A DNA stretch of 64,000 nucleotides from Guillardia theta CCMP2712 (Eukaryota > Protista > Cryptophyta), in assembly GCF_000315625.1 (NCBI RefSeq), contig NW_005434645.1:21413-85412 (forward strand), in the 5' to 3' direction. The position numbers were made by a program, and so were the translations under genes. Positions 49,594-62,913 of this stretch are shown here, in pieces (positions within the stretch are counted from its first letter, which is position 1; each line of letters begins with the position of its first letter). Below the pieces are notes generated by a model that ran no database searches, was not told the DNA's origin, and worked only from the letters and a program-made list of their open reading frames with translations.

Positions 49594-52263
49594 AGATATG
49601 GGCAAGAGAGAATATTCAACATGACAGTTGAGAATCCGACGACCAAACCAAACAAGAATTTAGCTCAAACTAAGGGGCAGGAGTTCATGGACCATACCAG
49701 CGTACCTCTCACTGTCAAACTCAACCAGTCCCTGCCAGGTTTTCCCTTCCCTCACTTGCGAAACTTCCTTGAGATTTGTCGGGGCAGGCGGCGGCGTCGG
49801 AGAGGCTTTGGAAGTTGATATCGTTTCCCTTGGAATGTTTCTCGGATCCGGTGAGCTGGCAGTGCTTGTCCTTCCCCTGCCATCGCAAATCCACTTCCTG
49901 CCATCGAGATCGTTCGAGTCTGTCGGCATGTCGCCATGACCTAACATGGAGGCTCAGGACATCAAAGGGCGACGCTCATGGCGACGTTCACTGCCTTCAA
50001 GGCGAACAAGCTCGTCCTGCAGGTGAAGGAGCGGAAGTTGACATCATGTTGCCTTCTTAGATGGTCGGAACAGGTCAACATCGGACGTACAAGCCTCTTC
50101 AAGACAACTCGTACCATTCAAGTGCTTCCAGCATCGACTTCAGCCTTGTACTCCAAGATCACAGGGGATGGACTGACGAGCGGGAGTCTTCGGTCTGGTA
50201 ACATGCTTGACTGCAGACCAGGACTGACTGTGATGATGATGATGATGATGATGAGAGGAGGAGGAGGAGGAGGAGGAGGAGGAGGAGGAGGAGGAGGAGG
50301 AGGAGGAGGAGGAGGAGGAGGAGGAGGAGGAGGAGGAGGAGGAGGAGGAGGAGGAGGAGGAGGAGGAGGAGGAGGAGGAGGAGGAGGAGGAGGAGGAGGA
50401 GGAGGAGGAGGAGGAGGAGAGGAGGAGGAGGANNNNNNNNNNNNNNNNNNNNNNNNNNNNNNNNNNNNNNNNNNNNNNNNNNNNNNNNNNNNNNNNNNNN
50501 NNNNNNNNNNNNNNNNNNNNNNNNNNNNNNNNTATCTCTGCCGTGGCTTCATCTTATTCTTCTTCTCCTTCAGATTCTTTTTCTCATCCCGCTGCTACTC
50601 TACAAATATATACCTATTAACCACCGCACCCGTCTCCACCAGCCCCCAATGTCCCAAACTCCGTGCTCGTCTGCTTGCCACGCACGACGCCTGCCCCCCC
50701 GTCTGTATCTTTTTTTGTTGATGAAATCGTTGCTCCCCCCCCTCAGCTATCATTGTTTTTCTGTTGTTTTACAAAGTTGTGTTTGTGGGGGCGGTAATAA
50801 TCGTATTTTTTGTTTCCCCCCCCACCCCCCCCTATGATGAATATAACGCAAAGGAGGAGGGGGAGGAGGAGGAGGAGGAGGAGGAGGTGGTGGTGGTGGA
50901 GGAGGAGGAGGAGGAGAAGGAGGAGGAGGAGGAAGGTAGAGATGGAGAAATAGGTGATGATGACGATAGAGATGATGACGATAGAGATGATGATGATAGA
51001 GATGATGATGATGGATTTGATGACTCAATACACATTTACATGATGAGGCTGAGATTGACCATGACGACACTGGTGAAGGTATACTGGAGCGAACTTTCGC
51101 CATCGAAGCGCGAGACGAGTATGACAACAAGAGCAGCAAGGGAGGAGACAGTTGGGACATTAGCTTGGAGCACAAGGAGACGAAGGAGAGAGTCGAGGTA
51201 GCTGTGGCAGAGGAGCAAGGCGGCACATACAAGTGTAGCTACCAGGTGAATCTCCTGAAACTTCATCTCCTCCTGACCTCCACAAGGTAACAAGGGCAGG
51301 GGAGTTTTCCCTTGCCGTCACTCTCAACTCAGAGCAAGTATGCGAGAGGTAAGCGAAGGCTCTACATGTGCATTTTTTCAAGAGAAAGAACTCTTCCTGT
51401 CAGTCCGTACGTCTTCAAGATCAGCCCGGACCCTGCTGAGCTTGTCAGACTCCGTCACTTGGAGCAGCAGAGCCGCATCGAACGCGAGAGGAAGGGATGC
51501 TCTTGCGCAAGCGTCGACCTGAGCTGTGCTTTCTGCAGGCGGGTGCAGGAGAGGAGGAAGGCGGAAGAGAGGAGGAAGATGGAGGGACAAGGTAAGGAGG
51601 GGGGGGAGAGAAGAGGCCTGTTTGCTATGACTTCTGTTGGCGGCAGCTGCGCAAAGGAAGGAGAAGGAGGAGGAGAAGCTTCGGATCCACGAGAAGCTGG
51701 TGGAGGAGAGGTGCGAGGGAGCCTGTTGGTGCCCTGTCTGACATGAGGGCCTGCGAAGGAGGAGCAAGGAGGAGGAGCTCAAGGCGCGGAGAGAAAGCGA
51801 GGCACACTTTGCTTTCATTGCAGACTCGACGGTGAGAACTTGACAGGAAAAGGCGAGGAGCGAGGAGAAGAGATTGAAGATTATGGAAAAGCTGAGACGC
51901 GAGGAGGAAGCGAGGAGGTGAAAACTCGATCGCCTCCTTTCTTTATCCCTCTCGCCTCACTGCTTGCTCTCAGACGTGCCCTCGCGCTCGAGGAGGAGAA
52001 GAGAAGTCTGACGCTGCAGAAGCTTCAGGTCCTCGAGGAGAAGCGGTCAGTCTCACTTCTTGCACCACTGAGATCCTTCGTCCTGGAGCTCATGGTGACG
52101 ATTTGCAGGGCGCGGCCAGGATCCGCTCGCAGAAGCGCAGGTGGAGGTTTTACCTTGTCGTTCAGTCGGACGGGGAGCGAGGCTCGGTGAGAGAGCGACA
52201 GTTGCTGCGGAGGGACAACGAGACGGCTACATGAAGCGGTCGGAGGACTCAAAAGGTTTGTAG
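45664..52263 (+). CDS. TPR + RCC1 repeats + filamin/ABP280 Ig repeats + coiled-coil protein
   Basis: KARGNALFAEGKYEEAVEAYTRAL (TPR). About 7 RCC1 repeats (SCGGAHT...FSWG....GQLGHG). Filamin-like GGDRF...DNFDGTY, AGQASSFTVKLVDKYGN, GTYKCSY|VTRAGEF...SPY. Charged C-terminus. Spans an N gap. Confidence 0.82.
47462..47630. repeat. (GAT/GAG)n intronic microsatellite
   Basis: Read directly. Confidence 0.9.
49519..49592. repeat. (GCAG)n intronic microsatellite
   Basis: Read directly. Confidence 0.9.
50256..50432. repeat. (GGA)n microsatellite running into an assembly gap
   Basis: Read directly. Confidence 0.95.
50433..50532. other. Assembly gap (100 N)
   Basis: N run. Confidence 1.
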
Positions 52264-54188
52264 GAGCAGCGATGAAGGCGATGTGATGAAGAGGGTCACT
52301 CGTAGTTGAAACATGTTCATGCCATCATTAGTCAGCTCTGATATCTGCATCTTCTCTCCCTTCTCTCCACCTCGCATCGCTCTCGCTACTGCCATTCCAT
52401 TTCGCTCTGTATCCTAAAAATTGCACTTTATCGGGCAGGCGTATCGTTGTCGTACCCACCCTTTCCTCCATGGAGATTGGGGGTACTAAATATTCAAGTA
52501 GAGCATATTGAATTTGAAATAATGCAATAACTTTTGAAAATTGGTATTTAGGTGAATGTGGTAGCTGGTGAATAGTAGACCGAGAAAGGGGGGTGGGGGT
52601 TATCAGGTTTCGGAGGAGGGTGGGAGCCGAGGGGGTAGCTAGAAGAATAGGGGTGGGGCTGGGAATACAAGGGGTAGTTGAATTTGTTGGAATGAGAAGA
52701 TCCTCTGGGAAATGGACGGGTAGTTTACGGTCGAAGAGGTGGTGGGTAGTGAATAAAGGGTGGAGGCATAAAGGAGGGTGAATCGCGAAAGGCAGAAAGT
52801 CTTCCTAGTGAAGGAATTAGTCCAGTCCAAGGGCAGAAGCCTGGGGTATAGTGTAGAGGAACAGGGGGTGGGCTCATTTTGCGTCAGACTCGAGTGGGTG
52901 GGGGTACACGTTAGGAGTAACTGCAAGGGGGGAGGTAGAATATAAGGGGTGGGTGGTTTAATGTGAGTAATATCCACGGGTACTGTAGTAATGAATCGAA
53001 AAGGATTCCCGAGGTAGGTGCTGCCCTTGCTAGGGTAGGGTTGAAATTGTGTTGGATGATGAGGGGTAGGGTCCATGTCATCGGATGCCCAAGGGGGTAT
53101 TCATCTGATTGACTTTTGGGGGGTGGTTGGTGCTGAGTTTCAAGTTGCTGCAATTGAAGGGTACTTCTCGTGGGGGGTGGTCATAATCACTACCCCTACT
53201 AACCAAAGAAAATGTCTGATATATGTACCGGTGTTCCGTCCTCAATCGTCAAACTGGGTCAGAGGGGGTAATGCTATGGGGTCAAAACTGGTGGGTGGGG
53301 AGCAGTCCGGGCGGGGTAAAAGGAATCCTTACTATGGGTGGGGTCCATAATTGTGAGGGGGTGGTATGGGAGAGACTGGTGGGGTAGGCAGGGAGTGAGG
53401 GGTGGGTTAAGTCTACTCGATTTGTGGGGTGGGTAGGGGTGGTCCGTTGGATAATCCAGTTCCTCTGATGCTGCCGCTGGCGTCGACAAAATGAGAGTAG
53501 GAAGGAATGAGAGGAGAAGAGGAATGAGAGGAGAGGAGCAAAACATAGACGATGGGAGAAGATTTGAGATTAAACCAGAAGAGAAGATAAGAGAAGAGAA
53601 GAGATAGTGAGAGAAAAGAATAGAAGAAAATTAAGATCGTTCGACACTCGTCGGGATCAATGAAGATAAGAAGATGACAAGAGAGAAGTTGATGGGAAAA
53701 GGCCAGGCCAGGACTTGACAGGACAGAAAAGTTTGAGCTATCAGAATATCGAATGCAGCAGAAGATGATGAAAGCAGAAGTAAGCGAGCAAGGAGTGAGC
53801 TGGATGTTTTGTGAAATCAAGGATCAGATCCGCACGGAGCAAAAAGCGGTCGATGATAGACACCCACATCAGGTCAGATAGAGAGTGTAATTATTATGTG
53901 ATGCTCAAGGCTAGGATCGCAATCAGATTTATGAAGTTGAGGTGTTACTGAAAGATTTCCTTGCGATTCAGGATGTTTCTGTGCCGTCATAGGTGCAGCA
54001 TGCCACTTACTCGCGGATAGCGTTTAAATGCGTTTGGGTTGAAACGAAGACCTCGTCTCCAGTTCGCCATTTTGCATTTTTTCTATTTCGTTCGCAGGTA
54101 TGAATACTAAGTCTAGTCCTTCAATCGTTGGAACTGTAACCTTGTGTGCTGAAGTTTTCTCCATTTCTAGGTTTACATAAATTAAGAA

Positions 54189-56983
54189 ATGAAGCTTTCA
54201 GTGAGAAGATTATTTTTCCTTGTAACTATTGGGATTGCTGGCCATCAGCGTGTTGATGCAGGTAATCAAGAGATGGGAAGGTTATGTCTGTAAATATGTT
54301 CGCAGGGAATGGTGACATAATGGCGAGTAGCGATTTCAATTGGGATGCTGAAGATTGGGAGGTGAAACAGCGCCATTCCTTGAGCTTTCACATTGATCAC
54401 GTTCGATTGTAGCTGTTTGGTCCGGGGAAGTTGAAAGTTTACGATAGGGGGGGGATGCTCTACGCATCGGTAACCAGTCACTTGATTTGATTGTTGATTC
54501 CCGACAGTTGTTCGAATAGGACCAAGGGAAGACAGTCTGGTACTTCGCTGCACCAGCGAAGTTGGATTCATGTAGAGTGCAAAGACTATGACTTACTGAT
54601 TCCTCAGATTCCTTGGGGAGAAAGCTTTTGCCCACAACGGCAAGCTCCGATTCCGACTTGGTCATTCGGAGTAAGTCCTAAAGAAACAACTTTCAGAAAT
54701 ATCTGATTTGAATCAGGTACATGTCGAACGGGAAAGACATGATAAAAGATTGGGACGTCATTCTTGAGAGCAAAGAGTGGAAACTTCGTAAGATTCTACA
54801 TACTTTGTTTTGCACTGAATTCTTTTGCCATGGACGTGATTCATTGTTTGTCAGGAATTGGTGTCCGCAACCTCATACCCCCCTGGGTGGGTGCAACCGA
54901 CAACGACCTTTCCTTGAACGAGAAAAGCTGGACAGTGGTCAAAGGGCAAGGGCACGGGCACTCTCCGACAACGATCCAGATGCTTCGTTTATTGTCCAGC
55001 CTATCTGCCGTAAGTCTATGCGCCTCAATGCTGGACAAGTTTGGCTGAACTGACTTGCACATTAGATATACATCCGTGGGGGATACTATGATGGCCATGA
55101 AGAAACATGGCTTGACTCAGTATCTTTGATTGAGGGCGATCATCACGAGGAAACTATGCAAAGTATCATTTGATGACCCGCGGTGTTGGTTTTGACGATT
55201 TGTCCCAAGGAAAAATTCAGAAGCATCATCATGAACCATTGCGGAAGAAAAAGGAACAAGAGAAGAAGTGATGATGACTTTTCCAGAACAAGTTGTTGAA
55301 CTGATCCTATTTCAGGAAGCGTGAGCAAGAGGAAATTGAGATGCTTGCGGCTGCTGGGCAACTCAACAACGCACAAGCTGCTCTTAATCAGAACAATGCT
55401 CGTCCCCCTTCAACCAACTCTCAGTTGGACAGGCAAAGCAGTGAAGAACTGAAACGCAGACAGGAGGAAGAGGAAAGGAAGACAAAGGAAGAGGAGGAGC
55501 GGTTGAATGCTCAAAGAGCGCAGGATGAGATGGAATCGAGACGAAAAGAGGAAGAGCTCAAAGAGCTTGAAAAGCAAAAAGCTGAAATGGAAGCGAAATC
55601 TCACATTGAACAATTGTTGAAGCAAGAGGCAGAAACAGGTGGCGGAGATCGGCTAAACTCTGGGATTTCGGAGCAAATTAAACAGGAAGATGAAAGGATC
55701 CTTGAAGAGCACTTGAAGCGCGAACAAGGAATTTCCAACAGCATCGATCCCAATGAATTGAAAAGAGCAGCTAAGGCGGCCCCACGGCTTGTCCCTTTGC
55801 AGGATGATAACATCGTGCCCGACAACGAGTTTGCGCAAGTAGAAGAGCCTGCCGCTCCTACTGTGACTGGAATTTCTTCGCTCCAAGACCAGACATCCCC
55901 TGAGGATTTGGCTGGACAAATTGACAAGGAGCACAGCCAAAGCCGAATGGGAGCACAACAGGATAGGTTGAGAGAGGAAGAAACTCGTAGGATGGAGGAA
56001 GAGGAGGCTCGCAAGAAACAGGAGGAGGCTGCTCGGAAGAAGCAGGAGGAGGAAGAGGCTGCTCGGAAGAAGCAGGAGGAGGAGGAGGCTGCTCGGAAGA
56101 AGCAGGAGGAGGAGGAGGCTGCTCGGAAGAAGCAGGAGGAGGAGGAGGCTGCTCGGAAGAAGCAGGAGGAGGAGGAGGCTCGCAGGAGACAAGAGGAGGA
56201 GGAAGCTGCCCGAAAGAAGCAGGAGGAAGAAGCTAGAAATCGGATGATTGCAGAACAGATTCGGCGTCAAAAGGAGATGGAAGAGATCGAGGAAATCCGA
56301 AAGCGTAAGCAGTTGAGACATCACTGCGTCGTGTAGTGACGTTGAGACCATAGGTGCTCAAGCACAGGAGGAACTCCGTGAAAACACGAGTGGAGATGCA
56401 GAGAATTCTGATCAAGATTTCATTGCGGATCAAGATTTTGACAGAACGGTGGATAATTCCAAGAAGGAGGAGCAAAAACGGTGATCATGATTGTTGGTGA
56501 CAACCAGGACACTTGTACTGAGACGCAGGATCAATGCAGGGGTGAATCTCGCTTTGAGAGGCTCAGATCAAGGTTCCTCAAGGGTGACAAGGAAGCCAAG
56601 TCAAACAAGGTATTCCAGGGAAAATGCCTTGCTCCCTATCTAAACATGTTTGAAGGAAATGGATGGGGAAGACCTTCCCTGAGCTCTTGGTGATGACTTG
56701 TCTTCCGAACCAGAGGTGTTACCTTGATGCCATGAAGCGGAACAAGCTGGTGAAGGGGTGAAGGACTAAGTGCGAGGCGCACAAAGCTTGCATAATATCT
56801 GCAACAAGTTCGGGGCCTTATTTCGGGGAAACCGTAAGTTCATCGTCTGAAACGAGGGGGGCGATGGCCAGACCGCCGGATGCTCCAACAGCTTGGTTTC
56901 TGCGCTCAAACATGTGAATAGACCGGGAGGAATTGGCTACTTGACTGCCTTCCTGGCGGTTACAGATCAACCGTACATCCTAA
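54189..56983 (+). CDS. Secreted protein with laminin IV (laminin B/L4) domain and charged repetitive coiled coil
   Basis: Signal MKLSVRRLFFLVTIGIAG...DA. Spliced exons give VWYFAAPA|KFLGEKAFAHNGKLRFRL, DVILES, LNEKSW, MLRLLSSLSA|IYIRGGYY...ETWLDSVSL. Then a long E/K/Q-rich ORF. 3' end approximate. Confidence 0.75.
55999..56232 (+). repeat. Coding 30-bp tandem repeat (EEEEAARKKQ)~8
   Basis: GAGGAGGAGGCTGCTCGGAAGAAGCAG-type units. Confidence 0.95.
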
Positions 56984-57667
56984 CAATAAACTACATAAAC
57001 ATCACGAACTAATGTGATCGAGCGTTGTGAGCTCGAGAAATTCCAACCGTCACAGGGAGAACTGCGGGCTCAATAAACTCGATGAGCTGAGTAAACTCCA
57101 TAAGCTAAGTCCGATATCAGAGTACGTTGCATTGCAGTGAAGAATTCACAGGGACCGTGACTACCGTCCAGGTTGGTCACATGGCACTACCCTCTTTGAT
57201 GGGGTCCTTCAAGGCTATAGAGGAGGGGTGATCGATAGTAAGGGTCTGGTACCTGGTCAGTTCATGGAACGATTGGATAACAAATTTCATCTTAGGTACA
57301 AATTTTTCAAAAAAAGAATTGGAGTACCCACCTTATAATGATGAATAAGATGTCAAATTGTATGGTGGGGTCAAAAAAACAAAACATCGATCGCCCACTC
57401 ATGCGGGTGTGAGCTTTGACCACTGGACAGGAAAGGGGCGGAGGGGGAGAAGGGGGAGGAGAACAGCTAGGAGGAGGAATGAAACCCGATGATGGAGAAA
57501 ACATTGAAGCAGAGGAAGAAGAATGTAGTGTTGATGAACTGAGAAGTAACATCATCAAGTGCACTGGAAAGGAGGCAAGGTGGAGGGCAGGGAACAAGAA
57601 ATCGTGAAGTCGAAAGTATTGGAGAGCATGTTTCCTCCCTCCTGACAAACTTGCTCTTACAGGACCA

Positions 57668-59104
57668 ATGTACACTTCGATGCCATTCAGCAACGTCATC
57701 TTCTTCATCCTGCTCTTGTCTCTGCTGTGCCCCCCGTCAGAAGCCAGACAGTGCATTCCAGCTCCTGCAAACAACACGAATACCTCAAGCGTCACCCCCG
57801 TACTGCATCATCGGCTTCCTTGCACAAGTGCTGATCGTTTCTTGTCAGTCGCCAAGCCCGAGGAATGAAACGAGCGTGTTCAACACAACAACATCGTCAG
57901 AGCACCCCAAGTTCACCCTCCCCGCTGTGATCATCCCAGTAGTGACCCCCCATCCCATCTCGTCGAAACTGGTCGCCTCTTCCTGCCTCCTGGCCTCCTC
58001 CTTGACTGTGAGGGCAGCAAACGAGCGCAAACTCCATCACATCGGACCTGAGCTACATCAACCAAAGCTTCGTCAACGCAACCCATCAGAATTTGTAATG
58101 TGTCGATACCTCCCTCTCCCCCCTCCTCTCCCTCTCCCTCTCCCTCTCCCTCTCCCTCCTCTTGCTCGCTCGGCTAGTCTGACACCCTTGCAGCTTCCCC
58201 TCAGTTCAGCTGCCTCGTTCCCTTGAGCTCTTCATCGCTACATTGCTCGTCATTGTGGGCTCAGTCACATGTAACACGTTTGACGTCACACAAACGAGAT
58301 GATTGAGAGGTCACAGGTTTCCTCGGCTTCATGTACGCGAAGCTGCTGTTTACCATCCTCTCCTTCATGGCAGGAGTGATCATCTCCATGTCATCTCTTC
58401 CCTTGTCGTGCACTCGTCCCTGACCACCGTCATGCAGGTATCCCATCGATGTCTTGATGGGTAACATACTGTGCGGGAAGTTCTACTGTGTAAGGGGAGA
58501 GGCAGGGGAGAGTTCTCTCAACTCAGTCCCGCTGGTGCGCAGGTGGAAGGACAGGCAACAAATCAGTTCTGCGGATGGGCCATGGTAAGAGAGACGAGAA
58601 GGGAGGAGTCGGATAGGGAGAGCACAGGAGAGGGAAGGGGCGGAGAGAAGAGAGGCATTGAGGAGAAGAGGAGAGGAGAGGAGGAAGAGAAGAGGCAAGG
58701 AGGAAGTGAGGAGGAGGAGAAGAGGAGGAGAGATCGAATTCTTGTCATATGTCAAGCAGGTTGCTGGGCTGTTCTTCGGCCTGTTCGCCGCGAGCTCAGT
58801 GAGATATTCAAGCAGCTTGTCAAACTTTCTTCTCAGCTGCCCCAGGCATCCAAGATGTTCGACCTCGGTCTCCTAACTCTCGGCGCCTCTGTCGCAATCA
58901 TCCCAGCCCTGATCCTGCAGCCTGCCATTGACTCTGTGATGTCAAACTTTGACGCCCCTGCCCGATGACAGCGCTGATGGTTTCCTGCAGGCCATGTCAA
59001 GATGGCCAGATTGGACTCACTACATCCACTACATCGTCTTCGCCGGCGTCGGAGCCCTGGTGAGCCTCCGAGCGATCGATCGTTTGAAACCTCATCGTCC
59101 TCGT

Positions 59105-59139
<35 letters not shown>

Positions 59140-60857
59140 CCCTCGTCCTCGTCCTCTCGTTCTACTACATTGACTTGTTCATGGCGCGATTGTACATGAT
59201 CGGGTGTTGACCTCCTGCGTCTCGCAGGCGGCCAAGAGCAAGCCCGATCCCTTCATCATATGCATGACGTCTGTCATCGGGGCCCTTCTGATCAGTGAGG
59301 CAGTTTGGCTAGAAGTTTGACCAGCTGACCGTCTTGTCCCGTCAGCGATCTCCTCCTCCTACTACATGGACGGAGGGCTTTCACCATCCAACATCTCTAG
59401 GGGGTGAGATGAAGAGGGAGGGAGAGGGAGGAACAAGTGTGGAGAGCTGCGGAAGAGGGAGAAGTGCTCGGGAGGTGAAGGGGAGAGGAGAGGAGGGGGA
59501 GAGGGAGAGGAGGGGAGAGGCGAGGAGGGGAAAGGAGAGGGAGGGGAGGGGAGGGGAGGAGGGAGGAGGGAGGACGACNNNNNNNNNNNNNNNNNNNNNN
59601 NNNNNNNNNNNNNNNNNNNNNNNNNNNNNNNNNNNNNNNNNNNNNNNNNNNNNNNNNNNNNNNNNNNNNNNNNNNNNNAGGGATGAAATATGACGAATAC
59701 CAAGAGGAGAGAGGAACCTTCACTGTGCTTGATAATTTTTTTCGGCGGTCTTGGTCCCTCTCTTTCTTTGTCAAGAAAGGATAGTGAAGCTTTCTCTCTT
59801 GATCGTCTTATTTCTTTCTTTCTCCTTGTCTTTTCTTCCCTCGCTGTCGTTTTTCCTCTCTCTCTACGAACAGTCATTGAAAGGGAGAAAGGAGACGGCG
59901 GGGGAGAAGGAGGCAGAGTCGGAAGCAGGGCAGAACTTCGAAAGAGAATAAGACCTGCATGGATAAGTGAGCAAGAGAGGGGAAGTCAGAATGAGTGATA
60001 GGTCTTATGATCAAGAATAGACGGCACTTGTTGAGGTGAATACTTGATAAGCTCTGAAAGCAGAGACGGCGAGGGGAGGGGAGAGGAGAGGAGACACAGC
60101 ATGATTGATATCGGACGCAGACAGCCTTGTCAAGATGTCAAATGTATCTCCATGGTGATTTTGACAGTGGTGAGAATTTCCCTTCCCTCCCTTTTCCCTT
60201 CCTCAAAAACTTCTCGCGTCTTCCCTCGTCCTCTTCCTCTCCATCCTCCTCTTCGTCACCGCCGCCATCGCTACCTCTTCTCTCGCATCTCCAAGCTCTC
60301 CACAAACATCACCAATTATTTTGATAGGTTCTCGCAATCCTCGGAAATCTGTTCCAGCTCTTCCTCAAGAAGCGAAAGGTTCCTTTCCTTTGCCCCTTCC
60401 CTTTTTCTCCTTCCCCCTGCCCTGCCAAACCCCATCCTTGCCCCCCCCCTCGCTCCTCCACGGCCCACAATGAAATGATTTCTACAGGAGAGGAGAGAAA
60501 ATGGGGACGAAGTCACTGACATCCTGGATGAAGCACTCTCGACACAACAAGACTTGAAGTCAAGTAAGTTTTGAGTTTTCTTCACCTCCGTTCCTTCTCT
60601 TGACTTACTTCTCTTTCCCTCCGTCCCTCCGTCCCTCCGTCCCCTTCTCTCCCTCCTCCCCCCCCCTCTTCGTCCTATCGCAAACTCACCTCCTGTATCT
60701 CTACAGCCCTGCAGTCCATCGAGAGACGGTAACTTGTCCTTGCTCCCCCTCTCCTCTCCTCTCCTCTCCTCTCCTCACCACCGCGCACTGCCTCCAGGCA
60801 GGAGATCGCGAACGAGATCCATCGCTTCGACTGGCGTGCTCCTCCCGTCAACCCTGA
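57668..60857 (+). CDS. Signal peptide plus multi-pass membrane protein (DUF4203/TMEM198-like)
   Basis: MYTSMPFSNVIFFILLLSLLCPPSEA, then hydrophobic spliced exons LLVIVG|FLGFMYAKLLFTILSFMAG, VAGLFFGLFAAS, FIICMTSVIGALLI. Spans an N gap; 3' end uncertain. Confidence 0.6.
59579..59678. other. Assembly gap (100 N)
   Basis: N run. Confidence 1.
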
Positions 60858-60914
60858 AGCTCTCCCTGGCCCATGGGAGGACAGAAATCGCCCCAGGAGG
60901 AGCATAGATATGTG

Positions 60915-62217
60915 CTAGTGAATTTCCACTGCTGCTCCTGCTTCTGTTTCCTTCAAGTGGATCCGCGGAGCCCGCAGAAGCAAGGCAAAAAGCACGTCTT
61001 CCACAAGGACCGAGGCTTCTGAGGAGAGGGAACGAGTCAGAGGGAGGAAGGAGCAGAGGAAGAGGAGAACCGCGGGGGTGCGAGACTGGATACTGGGAGG
61101 AGGAACAGGGACTCTGCACGAGAACAGGTCACTTGCTGTGTGAGTGTAGCGGAGGCCGGAACCTGAAGACGACGACGTTGCTGTTGTTGTCCCCCAGGGC
61201 GACATCGTCTTCCTTTTGACAGGGGCTGACTTCGGTGGTGTTCCTAGGGAACTCGTCAGGCACTTTCAGGGAGGGAGGGGAGGGAGGGGAGGGAGGGAGG
61301 GGAGGACGGAGGAGGAGTTGAGACCTTAAGCTGTGAATGAACTTGTACGGTCGTTCATACTTGATTACAGCATAGAGACCGACTGCTGCTGTCGTTGCAA
61401 GGCCTGCAGGTCCCTGAGCCACTTTCCTGGAATTGTTTCTCCTCCCCCCGTTCATCCCCTTCTCACATTCCTTGCCCGTTCCCTCCTCCTCCTCCCTGCC
61501 TGTCCTGCTCGACCTCTCCTGCTTTCTCGTTCTCCTTCCTACTCCACTTCTCCCTCCTCTCCCTCCTCAGTCTGTACCAAGTGGAGTGATCACGACACCG
61601 AGTCCGAACGTGAAGAACCCTGAAGTCACCAGTCACGCTCCTCACTCTCGAGCCTCCGCGCGTCCATACCGATGGGAATGGCAGCGATTGACGCAAACCT
61701 CTCCACAAAGTTTCTCCTCTGACACCTCGTCAACTTCACTCTTCTCCTCATACACACTCACGATCTGCCCGACTTTGAGTGAGTCACGCCAAGAGATCTC
61801 CGCATGCTCCTGCAGTCCATCAGCGGAAACATGGGCTATCCCACTGCATCTTCAGTTCTACCTCGACACTCTCGGCCTCCCTGCCGTCTTGCGTTGGACT
61901 CTTCTCGCTCGAGTAAGACAGCAGCTCCCTCCTGCATCCATCGGATCACCGACGACTTCGCGCCTTAGTCTCTCAACCTCCCAGGCGCACGCCACGTGTT
62001 GTTTGCTGTCAGGACGACATCCCAGCTGTTGCTCCGATGCTGTCTTGCAGCTCAACTTCTGGTGCATCAAGTCAAACTCATCCGCACCTCGACGCTGCGA
62101 GTTTGAAGGCAGTCTAGAGCCATCCATCAGCATACAAGGGAAGAGCCGTAAGATCAACTTACCCGCTCCAGGAAAACACAGGAGGAAAGCGAGAAACAGC
62201 TGAAAATTGCCGCTCAT
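60915..62217 (-). CDS. Hypothetical multi-exon protein with signal peptide and a probable TM segment
   Basis: MSGNFQLFLAFLLCFPGA then G|GTAAG donor. Later short exons such as GFFTFGLGVVITPL are flanked by splice-like sites. Model not fully resolved. Confidence 0.4.
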
Positions 62218-62913
62218 TGCGGCAAAGCAACACCTGTTCGATAGAATGCAACCATCAAGAAAGCACAAATGAAGAAACCATGTATCTCTTCTGGTTATTT
62301 CCCTTCATAACGTGTCTCATCCTCCTTCCCGCAGAAGCATCTCCCTACCATTTCTCACTTCCTGTCTGCCTAATCCTGACCCATTCCTTGCTTTACAACC
62401 TCCTGTAGTGGAAGCGTTGCTCCTCCACATCAACTTTTGCAACCCACATTCCAATTTTCCCCTCCTTCTCCATCACTTGCCTTTATCCATATCTTCTCTT
62501 CCCCGTTTTCCCTTCCCTTGTCCCGCTCTTCTCGCTCGTCTCCCTCTCCCTCCTCTGCCCTCCTCTCCAACCTCTCCTCTCCCTCTCCCCCCCTCCTCCT
62601 CTCTCTGCTCTCCCTTCTCTCCCCTCCCCTCCTCCCCCCCTCTCTCCTCTCCTCCTCCTCCTCTCCTCCCGGCCTTGTCACTCAACCAGCATGATCCGAA
62701 ATTTCAAAGAGCGTGTAGAGCCCTTCTCATCATCCCCCTCATTCTCACTTCATCATCCCCCTCATACTCAATTCAATCTCTCCGTGACCGCAGCCGTGAC
62801 CGTTGACTACTAGAAAAACCAAGTCCGCCTCAGTATGATACTATGGATGGTAAAAAGACAGCAACATAAATTAGTAGAAAGTCCCCCGACATCGAGGGCT
62901 TCGATCGACACCC

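Noticed and set aside
52590-53450. Interstitial telomeric repeat
   Set aside because: The G-runs are dispersed and heterogeneous, with no tandem unit.
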